A DNA stretch of 64,000 nucleotides, taken from NCBI RefSeq assembly GCF_030144855.1, contig NC_082725.1:39680001-39744000 (forward strand), written 5' to 3'. A program made the translations under genes and the position numbers. The notes beneath the pieces were generated by a model that made no database searches, was not told the DNA's origin, and was given only the letters and a program-made list of their open reading frames with translations. Numbering within the stretch: position 1 is the first letter of the stretch; the number at the start of each line of letters is the position of its first letter. Below, piece by piece: positions 25,188 through 36,199 of the stretch. The stretch is from Hypanus sabinus (Eukaryota).

Positions 25188-26662
25188 CTCTTCTCAGGCT
25201 TCCAGCCAGGTACAGATATCGATTATAACTGACGTTTCAATGACAAACTCTTGCCTCTTCTTCAGGGATGATGCCTGGGTATGTCTAGGCTGGTGGTATT
25301 TATCAGTCCCTCCTTATTAGTTAGTCCTCATCCAATCAGGTTTCTGCTCTCCCACCTTGTTTACAATCGAATTCCAGTTCTCATTTACAGCAAAACCTTC
25401 TTCCTGCAGTCAAGGTTTGATAAGGGTACCATTGACCTTTTTGAACACACCCTTACATTGATGTACGCCCTCTATAAGGGGAACTACTATGAACAAAAGG
25501 ACAGAGTGGCCATGGGATCACCCTTGTCACTGGTTATTGCTAATTTCTACATGAAGGACTTTGAGGAAAGGGCTGAGTTCATTGCCCTTATATCCCAAAT
25601 TCTTCTTTAAATACGTCAATGACACCTTCGTAGTGTGGCCTCATGGACTCCAGACACTCCAACGGCTACGCTACCATCTGAACAATATACACCCAAACTC
25701 TATTCATGACAGAGATGGAGAAGAATGGTTGCCTCCCGTTCCTGGACATTCTAATATGACAAAAATCGGACGGTAGCCTTGGTCATGGGGTCTACTGGAA
25801 ATCCAATCAGACAGGCTTATACTTCAACAGTAACGGCCACCATCACCCCTCCCAATGTAGAATAGTTCTTTCTACTTTGAGTAACAATGCAAAAACTATT
25901 TTGGACCTGGAAATAAGGTCCACGAGGAAATAAGATATCGCACAACATTCCTACAGAATGGCTACAAGGTGAAGGAAATCAAATGGGCCCTCAAAAGGGC
26001 TGACAGAAAAACCAGGAGACCTAACAACGAGGATGAATCCATCGCTTCCACCTTTCTTTCCTATATTGCCAGGGTTTCTGGAAGGATTGCCAGGATCCTG
26101 AAGAAATACTGGAATAATGCAATCCACAAACCCATAAGGAAGCTCAGTTCACAGCTCATGTGGGTCAAAGATGACCTGGACCGCAGGTCAGCAGGTGCTT
26201 ACAGGATTCCCTGTGAATGCGGAGCAGCATATATTGACCAGACGGGACAAACAGTGGAAACCCACATCAAGGAGTAAAAGAGGTACATCAGTTTGGGTTA
26301 CCTGGGGAAATTGTTGGTAGCAGAACACTGCATTCACAATGGCCCTAGGATTGACTTCAATGGCAGAAAACTAATATGCTGCACTAATGTCTTTTGGGAC
26401 TGTCTGGTAAAGGAAACCATTAAAATAAAACAAAGACAAAGGTCTCGCTCCAAGTAAGAACTGGAATTTAATTGTAAACAAGGTGGGAGAGCGGAAACCT
26501 GATTGGATGAGGACCAATCAATCAGGAGGGAGGGACTACGTGGTATAAATACCATCGGCCTAGACATACCCAGGCATCACCCCCGAAGAAATGGAAGAGT
26601 TGTCATCAAAACGTCAGTTATAATCGATACCTATATCCAGCAGGAAGCCTGAGAAGAATTTA
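25188..26662 (+). mobile_element. Penelope-like element (Poseidon-type) with inverted pseudo-LTRs
   Basis: RT motifs AMGSPLS..IANFYM and KYVNDTF; GIY-YIG AGAYRIPCECGAAYIDQTG; 25190-25382 is the reverse complement of ~26458-26656. Confidence 0.88.
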
Positions 26663-27897
26663 TTCATTATCATTTTATGTATTTTTGAAACCCAGCTCTT
26701 TAACATGGCTACAAAAGGTAACTCCATGCCCATATCAGTGCTGCCAGGTCATTTGTTCATTGTTAAAAACTCTACAATTGAATATCATACAAACTGGAGA
26801 ATTTAATTGACTTCTAAAACTACCATTTCTCTGCGTCCCTGCTTAGTGACTAGATAAGTTTCAAACCATTCATCCACTGTATCCATATAGTTCAATTCCT
26901 TCAATATTGTCTATTCAAACATTTGCATTCTCCCTCCCCACCCACCACTGCCGAGAAAGTGTTAATCCCACCCACACAACTATTCCAGATACTTAGTAAA
27001 TTTTATTCTTCACAATTCCAAACTCTGCAGAATTCTCACATCTACACACTGCCCCAATGAAGTCATTCTTTGTCATTTCTGTCCCTGGTGTTTGTTGAAT
27101 CCTCATTGTTTAAAAACCATCTCCTTAACAAGGGTTTGCTCATTATTTCTATGTCCCTACTCCTACATTTTCTTTTTAATATACAGTTGCATTTACTTGA
27201 CACTTGCAACAGAAAAATATCCTAAAGTCCATCACAGTTAATCTTAAGAAAGGTATTTGAAGGTTTGGTTAAAATTGAATTACCAGAATCTTAAATGAAA
27301 AGAAGATCGATCAATACAGGAATACCACAGGAATACAGGTCCAAAGTATTTTCTTGACCTTTCCAAATTTCTTTTTTAATTCTTGGTAGGCATCTCCTCA
27401 TGATATTTGAGAACTATCATGAGCAGCCGTATTTCTCTCAAACATCCTGACTCAAATCAACCCTAGTGGAAGCTATATTACAGACAGAGCAGGAGGTTGG
27501 TGAATTAATGAAAAAAAAAGAATTATTTGAATTTAGACAGAGGGTTTGCAGAAAATGGCACACATGAAGAAGAAACAACTTGGTTTCACAAATTGAAAAC
27601 CAGGAACAAAAATAGGTCATTTAACTCCTTAAAATTATAATGTAATTTAATAAGGTGGTGGTTCATCTGTCACTTAATTCTACTACCTCGCTTAACTACA
27701 TTTTCTAAAATATTTTGTTATATATAAACATAAATTCATTAAATATTTAAAATTAATAAGCAATTTAGTATGCATTGTCATTCATAAACTATCACTCAAA
27801 TCATCGAATGCCCTTTGCACAGAAGTATTTAAGAAAAATATTGCATTACTCTTTAAAGTTTTGGTTTTAACTTTTAAAAGAAAGATTGCAAACTTAC

Positions 27898-27992
27898 TGG
27901 GATGTGCGGCAAAGTTATGGTGACTTGGTCACCTTTTCCAACTTGTAGCTCACCCTCACAAGTGGTGTCAATGGATGCTGGTTTAAAATCAT
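27898..27992 (-). CDS. EAF1: EAF1 coding exon 2
   Basis: [32 protein letters not shown]; 95 nt; AG/GT boundaries. Confidence 0.96.
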
Positions 27993-28299
27993 CTGAAAGC
28001 AAGCAGATAAGACAGATTAATTGACAAAATAGAAAATTCTGTCCTTTGATTTTCAGCTGATTGTTTTTTTTAAATTTGTATGCTTTTTTTCTTGAGAAAG
28101 ATTGATAAGGAAACTTGCCCCAGGTAACTTAATTGCACTTCTGTTTAAGATCCTACAGAAGTTATTGCAATGTGTTTAAGACAATATAATACTGAATAAA
28201 AGTCTAAATTAGTACTTTTAGGTATCCTTGCAACAGGTCATTTGAACTAATGAATCCACTTCATGTCACTAGAGTTGTTAAGGATGTGGATTTTTGTAA

Positions 28300-28828
28300 G
28301 TAAACTGTCAATATCTCAGAGAATCAATCCTGGCCCAACATATTGATGCAATCACAAAGAAGGCACACCAGTAGCAATACTTCTTTAAGAGTTTGAGGAG
28401 GTTTGGTACATCAGCAAAAACTCTAGCAAATTCCAGCAGATGTATAGAGGACAGCATTTCAATTGACTGCATTACACTCTGGTATGGAGTCTCCAATGCA
28501 CAGGATTGAAAGATGTGCAGAGGGTTGCCAGCTCAGCCAGTTAATCATGGGTACAATCCTCCCCACTATTGAGGACTCCTTTAAATGGCAATGCCCATCA
28601 CCATCTGGGACATGCCTTCTTCTCATTAATACCATTGGGGAGAAGATACAGGAGCCTGAAGACTCACACTCAATGTTTTAAGAACAGCTTCCTCTCCCTA
28701 GCAGATTTCAGAATGGTCCATGAACTCAACATCACTATTTCTCTTTTGAACTTGTTTCATTGTAACTTACAGTAATGCTATATGCCACCGACATGTGTCA
28801 GTGATAACAAGCCTGACTCAGATTCTGT
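28300..28828 (+). mobile_element. Rex1/Babar-like LINE 3' fragment
   Basis: Homologous to the 3' part of 36330-38770; tail GATAACAAGCCTGACTCAGATTCTG. Confidence 0.7.
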
Positions 28829-29543
28829 TTTTGGATAGATAAAATTACAAGCATAGACAATACTTGATTCTTTTTTCAAAGATGTTGCCTGACTTGCTGA
28901 CTATTCTTAATTCTTGCAATACCATCATTGCTCACTCACAGAAACCCCCGTTGAATAATCAGTCAGAAGGAAATGCTCACATTTGAACATAAATAATTGC
29001 AATGAGGGAAAACTAAAAATACAGGAAAGTAAGTTCCTGAATCGTATCATTACCATTTGGTGGTATATCCCTCTCAAATATTTATCACACCAGTGCATGT
29101 TCAGTATTCTGGAAAAGCATTAAATCAAAAGCCACTACACACACATACACGCATACCGTCTTAACCGTCTAAACTGAAATTTCAGAAAACTGCAGATACT
29201 GGAAATCTCAAGTTAAGCAGAAAATGTCGGAAACACTCAGCAGGCCAGGCAGCATTTGCAGGGGGACAATCGTTTGCTGCTCCACAGAACAGATAAGGTG
29301 TGCAACCTGTTTCTGTCAGAACACCGGGCCCGGTTGCGCTCGGACTGGCCGGGGGGAGGCGTGATGGGCAGAGCAGCGCTTCCATCCGCGGTCACGGAAC
29401 CACCGTTAGACCCCGTCTTCGGTTCGGCTTGGTCACGGGGATTCTCACTATCCCCGTGGTGGCCCAAGCCTGCCGAGTGTTTGTTTTCCAGCATTTCCCT
29501 CTGCTGCTTCAGATTTCCAGCGTGGTGCAGGTTGCACACTCAC

Positions 29544-29646
29544 AGCGGATGGTGTGGAACGAGCTTTTAGGCCGTTTCTCGAAGCTCTCGCCCAGTTTCA
29601 GCACATGCTCCTCCTTGCCCAGCGCCGGCTGTGCGGTGCCATTCAT
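29544..29646 (-). CDS. EAF1: EAF1 coding exon 1 (ELL-associated factor 1; 270 aa in total)
   Basis: [34 protein letters not shown]; donor GTGAGT at 29543; the six exons sum to 813 nt in frame. Confidence 0.96.
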
Positions 29647-29899
29647 TGCCGAACTGCTCAGTCATCAACCACCGGGCTTCTAGACGGAAAGGCCGGCGGA
29701 GTTGGGTGGGGGGGAAGGGATAGCGACCGCCGGGTCACGGGCTGCAGTCGTGGCCGTTAAACTCAGAACGTAAACATGTCCAACTCGCGTCACGGGCCGC
29801 TCTCGCCACGCATGCGCCAGCCGGGGGTGGGGGAGGGGGACCGGCGCTCTTCCGGCTGCCTGCGAGCGCGGGCACGGCCGAGCGACGAAGGTGAGGGCC

Positions 29900-30103
29900 C
29901 GTCTTCTCCCGTCCTGCACAGGCAACGGTTTCCAGCTGAATGCTTCGGCACCTGGCGAGTTTCGTTTTTAAATGCGCTTCTCGCTCTCTCACGGACATAG
30001 TGTCACAGACTTCGGCTTGCGTTTCTGTCCAGCCCTGAACATTCAAAGCCGTGATCTGCGCGCAGTGAGTCCTTCGGCTATTAGTGGTACCTTGATCACT
30101 GAA
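29900..30103 (+). other. METTL6: Putative non-coding first exon of METTL6 (start uncertain)
   Basis: Strong donor GAA|GTAAGT at 30104 at the edge of the CpG island; the first coding exon has an acceptor upstream of its ATG. Confidence 0.55.
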
Positions 30104-30894
30104 GTAAGTATTTTTTCCCAAGGGGTTGTCTACTGTTGAGTCCTCAGGTGGCTGTAGAAGCCGATCCGGGACCTACATATATACTGGTTCAGTGTGGGCA
30201 AGAATAACGTGGCTGTGTTTAGTAGTTGGCTCTTTTGGTTGTTCAGGCTTTACTTTCGCAGAATGGCAGGCTGTTGGCGCACTCGTCAGACGCCTTGAGG
30301 AATAGCACATTCTGCTTTATGTATGGTCATTTAAAAGCAGATGTATACAAGGTTAATGCGATGCGTCCGATTCTTAACCTCATAATATTGATTTTTTGAG
30401 ATGTTGGGGTCTATAAAAGAAATATACCCACGGATGACATACAGGCTCACTTCGTGTTAGGAACGCCTGATTTATGGATACCACGTATATATTAATGAGC
30501 AACCCCCCCCCCCCCCCCCCAGTTTTTGACTCCTTTGATTGCTCCAGTAATTCCCTTAAAACCATAAGATATAGGAACAGAATTAGGTCATTCTTCATTC
30601 TGTGTATTTTCTAGCTGGTGAACAAATTCGACTATCCTTTGCCATCTAGGCTTGACCTGTAGTGAGTGGAATGTGAGAATTGATAACTGATGCTCTTGAT
30701 AAGTACACTGAAATCTGGCTCTGTTGAATGGATCATTTAGCAGCTGCTTACTATCAATATCAGTGATTTGGATGAAGTGATTCAGTAAATATATCCAAAG
30801 TAAAAACTTAAAATCGTTAGGAGTTCTGGCTGCATCCAGGCCTGTAAATTATACAAAAATGAGTGGAGATGAGGGTGCAGAGAGGCTAAAGATA

Positions 30895-32600
30895 TTAGAA
30901 CATAGAAAACCTACATCACGATGCAGGCCCTTTGGCCCACAAAGCTGTGCCGAACATGTCCTTACCTTAGAAATTACCTAGGGTTATCCATAACCCTCTA
31001 TTTTACTAAGATCCATGTACTTGTCCAGGAGTCTCTTAAAAGACCCTATCATATCCACCTCCACCACTGCTGCCAGCAGCCCATTCCACGCACTCACCAC
31101 TCTGGGTAAAAACTTATCCCTGACATCTCCTCTGTATCTATTTCCAAGCACCTTAAAAATGTGCCCTCTCGTGCTAGCAATTTCAGCTCTGGGGAAAAGG
31201 CTCTGACTTTTGATCAGTGCCTCTCATCATCTTATACACCTCTATCAGGTCACCTCTCACCGTCCGTCGCTCCAAGAAAAATAGGCCAAGTTTACTCAAC
31301 GTATTCAACAGTGGCTAGATGGGAGATGCCAGAGAGTAGTGGTGGATAATTGTTTATCGGGATGGAGGCCGGTGACTAGTTTTGGGCCCAATGTTGTTTG
31401 TAATATACATAAATGATCTGGATGATGGGGTGGTAAATTGGATTAGTAAGTATGCCGATGATACTAAGGTAGGAGGTGTTGTGGATAATGAGGTGGATTT
31501 TCAAAGCTTGCAGGGAGATTTATGCCGGTTAGAAGAATGGGCTGAATGTTGGCAGATGCAGTTTAATGCTGAGAAGTGTGAGGTTCTACATTTTGGCAGG
31601 AATAATCCAAATAGAACATACAGGGTAAATGGTAGGGCATTGAGGAATGCAGAGGAACAGAGAGATCTAGGAATAACTGTGCATAGTTCCCTGAAAGTGG
31701 AGTCTCATGTAGATAGGGTGGTGAAGAGGGCTTTTGGAACGCTGGCCTTTATAAATCGAAGCATTGAGTACAGAAGTTGGGATGTAATGCTAAAGTTGTA
31801 CAAGGCATTGGTAAGGCCAAATTTGGAATATTGTGTGCAGTTCTGGTCACCGAATTATAGGAAAGATATCAATAAATTAGAGAGAGTGCAGAGACGATTT
31901 ACTAGGATGTTACCTGGGTTTCAGCACTTAAGTTACAGAGAAAGGTTGAACAAGTTAGGTCTCTATTCATTGGAGCGTAGAAGGTTGAGGGGGGATTTGA
32001 TCGAGGTATTTAAAATTTTGAGAGGGGTAGACACAGTTGACGTGAATAGGCTGTTTCCATTGAGAGTAGGGGAGATTCAAACAAGAGGACATGATTTGAG
32101 AGTTAGGGGGCAGAAGTTTAAGGGAAACATGAGGGGGTATTTCTTTACTCAAAGAGTGATAGCTGTGTGGAATGAGCTTCCTGTAGAAGTAGTAGAGGCC
32201 AGTTCAGTTGTGTCATTTAAGGTAAAATTGGATAGGTATATGGACAGGAAAGGAGTGGAGGGTTATGGGCTGAGTGCGGGTAGGTGGGACTAGGTGAGAT
32301 TAAGGGTTCGGCACGGACTAGGAGGGCCAAGATGGCCTGTTTCCGTGCTGTGATTGTTATATGGTTATATGGTATTCTCATAGAGCATGCTCCTCAATCC
32401 AGGCAACATCCTTGTAAATCTCCTCTGCACCCTTTCTATGGTCTCCACATCCTTCCTGTAGTGAGGCAACCAGAACTGAGCACAGTACTCCAGGTGGGGT
32501 CTGACCAGCATCCTATATAGCTGCAACATTACCTCTCGGCTCTTAAATTCAATCTCACAATTGATGTACCGAATGCTTTCTTAACCACAGAGTCAACCAT
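30895..32600 (-). mobile_element. CR1 3' fragment split by a younger CR1
   Basis: TAGAACATAGAAA tail; the sequence rejoins across 31306/32372. Confidence 0.75.
31307..32371 (+). mobile_element. Young 5'-truncated CR1 LINE with an intact 303-aa RT C-terminal frame
   Basis: FVIYINDLD..KYADDTK..LYKALVRPNLEYCVQFWSP; (GTTATATG)n tail; TSD GTATTC at 31301-31306 and 32372-32377. Confidence 0.9.
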
Positions 32601-32719
32601 CGCAGTGCAGGTGGAAGTATCAGAGATCATCCACTTTGGTAATGAAATTGCAGGCTGTTGATGTGCAGAGGGATTTGGGGTCCTGGCACATCTGCCACTG
32701 CAAGATAATATTAATTACA

Positions 32720-33285
32720 GCAGGAGAGTTTGGGAACAAGTGTATAGATAGATGGTCTCCTTTAATTGTATTGTGTCCTACTGAGATTGCACAAAGAATG
32801 ATATGTGCGGGCCTCGTCTCCTTACTTAAGGAATTGGCGATTGAGGAACAATGAAGCACTTTACCAAATTGATTCATGAAATGGTGGAAAGTTGTCCGAT
32901 GAGAGGTTAACTGGACTGAGCCTACACAGTCTTCTGGGTTCAGTAGAATGAGAGGTGATCATATTGAAACTTGCAAAATCCTTCCAGGGCTTAACAGGAT
33001 AAGGTTGAAATAATGTTTCTCTTAGCTGAGGTGATTAGAATGAGGGGTCACAGCCTTAAATTAAGGGTTTGATCATTCAGGACTGAGGCAAGAACCAAGT
33101 TATTCATTTAGAAGGAAGTGAAGTTTTGACATTTTCTATCAAAGCTTTGGAGGTTCACTGGCTAAGTGTATTAAAATTACAGGTATTAAGGAAATTGATG
33201 GATATGGGAACAGTGTTGATCAGCCATGATCTTATCGAATTTCTGGGCTTGCATGAGGAGCCAAATGGCCTACTCCTGTTGATGT
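32720..33285 (+). mobile_element. Degenerate CR1 3' fragment
   Basis: Homologous to the 3' half of 31307-32371. Confidence 0.6.
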
Positions 33286-33599
33286 TCCTTTGTTAGGTGT
33301 AGGGACTGGTTGCTGGTTTGTGGCAGAACATTAATCATTGCAACCTTAGAGATACTTGACGGATAACTTGTTACTCTTTGGGAGATGCTCTTGTTGATAC
33401 GTAGAAATACCTGTAACAATGAAATGTATAGATTGTTATATATTTTAATTTTATATTTTTAAGATGTGTTTGTTGTTACTTTTGTTTGCAGTGTTGACAT
33501 CTATAGAGATTTTAAATTATACAGTTTTGAATTTTAAACTAAGATGCAATGTTTAATTTTCCTCTTTGCTTTAAGGTCAGCTGGAATATTGAAGACACA

Positions 33600-33932
33600 A
33601 TGAATTATGATGTGGGGACAAATGATCCATGTACTAGTCAAATGCTTGCAACAGAAGGCATACATGAATGCACTCTACGGAGCAACACAGTAACATATTC
33701 AGAATCAGAGTCTCCTTTACCTGTAACAGGGAACAAGGGAAGGATCCTCACCCCTGCAGAGGTGGAAATGCTCATGAAGGACCAGAGCTTGGTGTCAGAT
33801 TTTAAACAACAAAAGCTGGAAAGAGAGGCACAGAAAAACTGGGATTTGTTTTACAAGAGGAACAGCACCAACTTTTTCAAAGATAGACATTGGACAACCA
33901 GGGAGTTTGAAGAACTGAAAGCATGTAGAGAT
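33600..33932 (+). CDS. METTL6: METTL6 (tRNA-Ser m3C32 methyltransferase), first coding exon
   Basis: GRILT..DQSLVSDFKQQKLEREAQKNWDLFYKRNSTNFFKDRHWTTREFEEL; acceptor TTTAAG at 33575; donor GTAAGT at 33933; choice of ATG uncertain. Confidence 0.92.
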
Positions 33933-34772
33933 GTAAGTAACAACGATCTAGCTATGGGTCAGCAAACTGGTTGACTTTTAGATGTCCTTTGAAATGATTT
34001 AGCAAGCTACTCGATTAGGATTAGTGAATAAATGCTGGCCTTAGTAGTGGTAAACAATCCTAACGAATGACTAAGTGATAAATGACACTTCTGGGATTAG
34101 TTCCCACTTCCATTCAAATGGCCCTACTTAAGTCAGAAAAAATCTCCAGCAATGGTATATTCTCCATGGTTTCTATAATTTTCCCATCCCTTGCTATTTC
34201 CAGCATAATTTGAAGTCTCACATTTGTTCCCTTTTTCATTGCTATTTCTTCTTGGCTCCACCCCCTTGTTTACATTATGTTTCCAGCAAGGTTGGTGCAA
34301 GCATGAGTTGTTTCTCGTATGGCTGCCAACAATGGGAGATTTACTTGTATCACTGTTAAATTGATCATTACTTTTTATTTCAGTGCTTATTAAGTAATTA
34401 CCAATAAATGAGACTGAGGTTTCTCTATTATTTATTCAGAAAGGTGCATGCACATTATTATGAACTCTTCACTTGTATCTTCCAAGTGCTCACTCAGGCC
34501 AATTCAGATAGCACCAAGGATGCTTTCTTCTGCCCTGAGAGTAGCATGCCTCAACCCTCATATTCTCCACTGCATCTGCCCTTTCTGCTCATTTATCAAT
34601 GTCACCTTCACACCTTTCAACTTTTTAGTCTAAAACATTCTTGCCAAAGCCCATTACCATTCCACCTATTTTCTTAGCCTATCTTCTATCACTGATGGTG
34701 GTGTTCAGTTTTTAAGTGAAGCTCACGGTATCATTTTGTTACGTTAATGCTGCTGTAAATTTTCCTTTGCAG

Positions 34773-34907
34773 CTTGAGCATCAAAAACTGACCATCTTGG
34801 AAGCAGGTTGTGGAGTTGGAAACTGTCTATTCCCTCTATTAGAGTGTGATCCAAATGTTTTCATTTATGCTTGCGACTTCTCTCCCCGAGCTGTAGAATT
34901 CGTGAAG
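34773..34907 (+). CDS. METTL6: METTL6 coding exon 2 (SAM-binding motif I)
   Basis: [45 protein letters not shown]; 135 nt. Confidence 0.96.
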
Positions 34908-35870
34908 GTAGTTAAAATGTTAATATAAATATTTCTGATTTTTGTATTAATGCTTTTTTTCTTTATAATCTTTTCTGCCAAAATTCTTTAAAATGAAATG
35001 TATTACATATATAATGGAGGTAGCCTTGATCATAAACTCTAAGTGTACAGATGATAAATGGTGCACACAAAAGTCACGTTGATGCAAATATAAATATAAG
35101 AACCTTGAAATCAGCAGCAGAAACAAACAATTTGCATTGTTATGTTAACATCTAAGAATGAAAAGCATACCAAAGTACAAGCAGTTAAAGTACTTCTGAA
35201 TGCCCTCAGTGCTATAATGGAAAAAACATCACCTCTATGTTGGATATAGCACAATTCCACAGCTAACATTGTTATGATACTGAGATACATCCTAGGATGC
35301 CCTGCGATATATCATTATATCATCAGAATGTAACCTGGGGTCATCGGGTGTTTTGGGTTATTTCAACATCTGACTCTTTGCCCAGTTGCCCCTGCCCAGG
35401 GTGAATTAGGCCCTGGCTTGTGTCCCAGCAGCATTGTCCATGGGTCATAACTCTTGATTCATAGCCACGTGGAGGCTTGCTCTGCAGCCTCTGTGATGGT
35501 TTTTGTGGCTCTTTTCTTTGCAGCCCCATAATGCCAAAAAGAGAATGGGTTCTGCCGTGACCCAGCCAGCAAAACCTCTACACCCCACTTCTATAGGCTT
35601 GCATCGTGTCTCCCCCCCCCCCCCCCCCCATGTCTCTGACATGGAGTTAAATTTCAGTGGAATACAGTATTTATTTGTTTTGTTAAGGCAAGCATTTGTT
35701 TCAAATTATTTTATAACTCAATAATTATTTTATGCAGTATAGGAAGTAATTTAAAGTGACAGGAGCATGTAAGCTGTGATAATGATTCAAGTTTATGTTA
35801 TAGAGGACTATCGATGTGAGAATCCGTCACAGAATGTTTTCATCTATTGCAATGTTTCTTGTTTTTAAAG

Positions 35871-36041
35871 CAAAATCACTTGTATGACTCTGAAAGATGT
35901 AAGGTCTTTCAGTGTGACCTGACAAAAGATGATTTACTGGAGAATGTGCCTGCTGATTCTGTGGATGTTGTTATGCTGATTTTTGTGCTCTCTGCTATTC
36001 ATCCTGAGAAGATGCAGTTGGCCTTGGAAAATATTTATAAA
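35871..36041 (+). CDS. METTL6: METTL6 coding exon 3
   Basis: QNHLYDSERCKVFQCDLTKDDLLENVPADSVDVVMLIFVLSAIHPEKMQLALENIYK; 171 nt. Confidence 0.96.
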
Positions 36042-36199
36042 GTAAGTACTTAATGAATCACAAGCTAATTCTATTCTGCTGTAGCATATAATAGAATTAA
36101 TATTAGTGGTCACTTTTTCAAACTGACAAAATTCAAATTAAAGCTTGCAGTTTATATATATGGACTGAATCTATTACATTTTCTCAATTAGTTTGTCCT

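Larger units (their letters stand above)
29320..30110. promoter_or_regulatory. CpG island; bidirectional EAF1/METTL6 promoter
   Basis: GC/CpG-rich; NRF1-like CGCATGCG at ~29808; divergent gene arrangement. Confidence 0.8.

Noticed and set aside
29182-30121. Cluster of ORFs around the EAF1/METTL6 promoter
   Set aside because: GC-rich artefacts; the real EAF1 exon 1 is too short to appear in the ORF track
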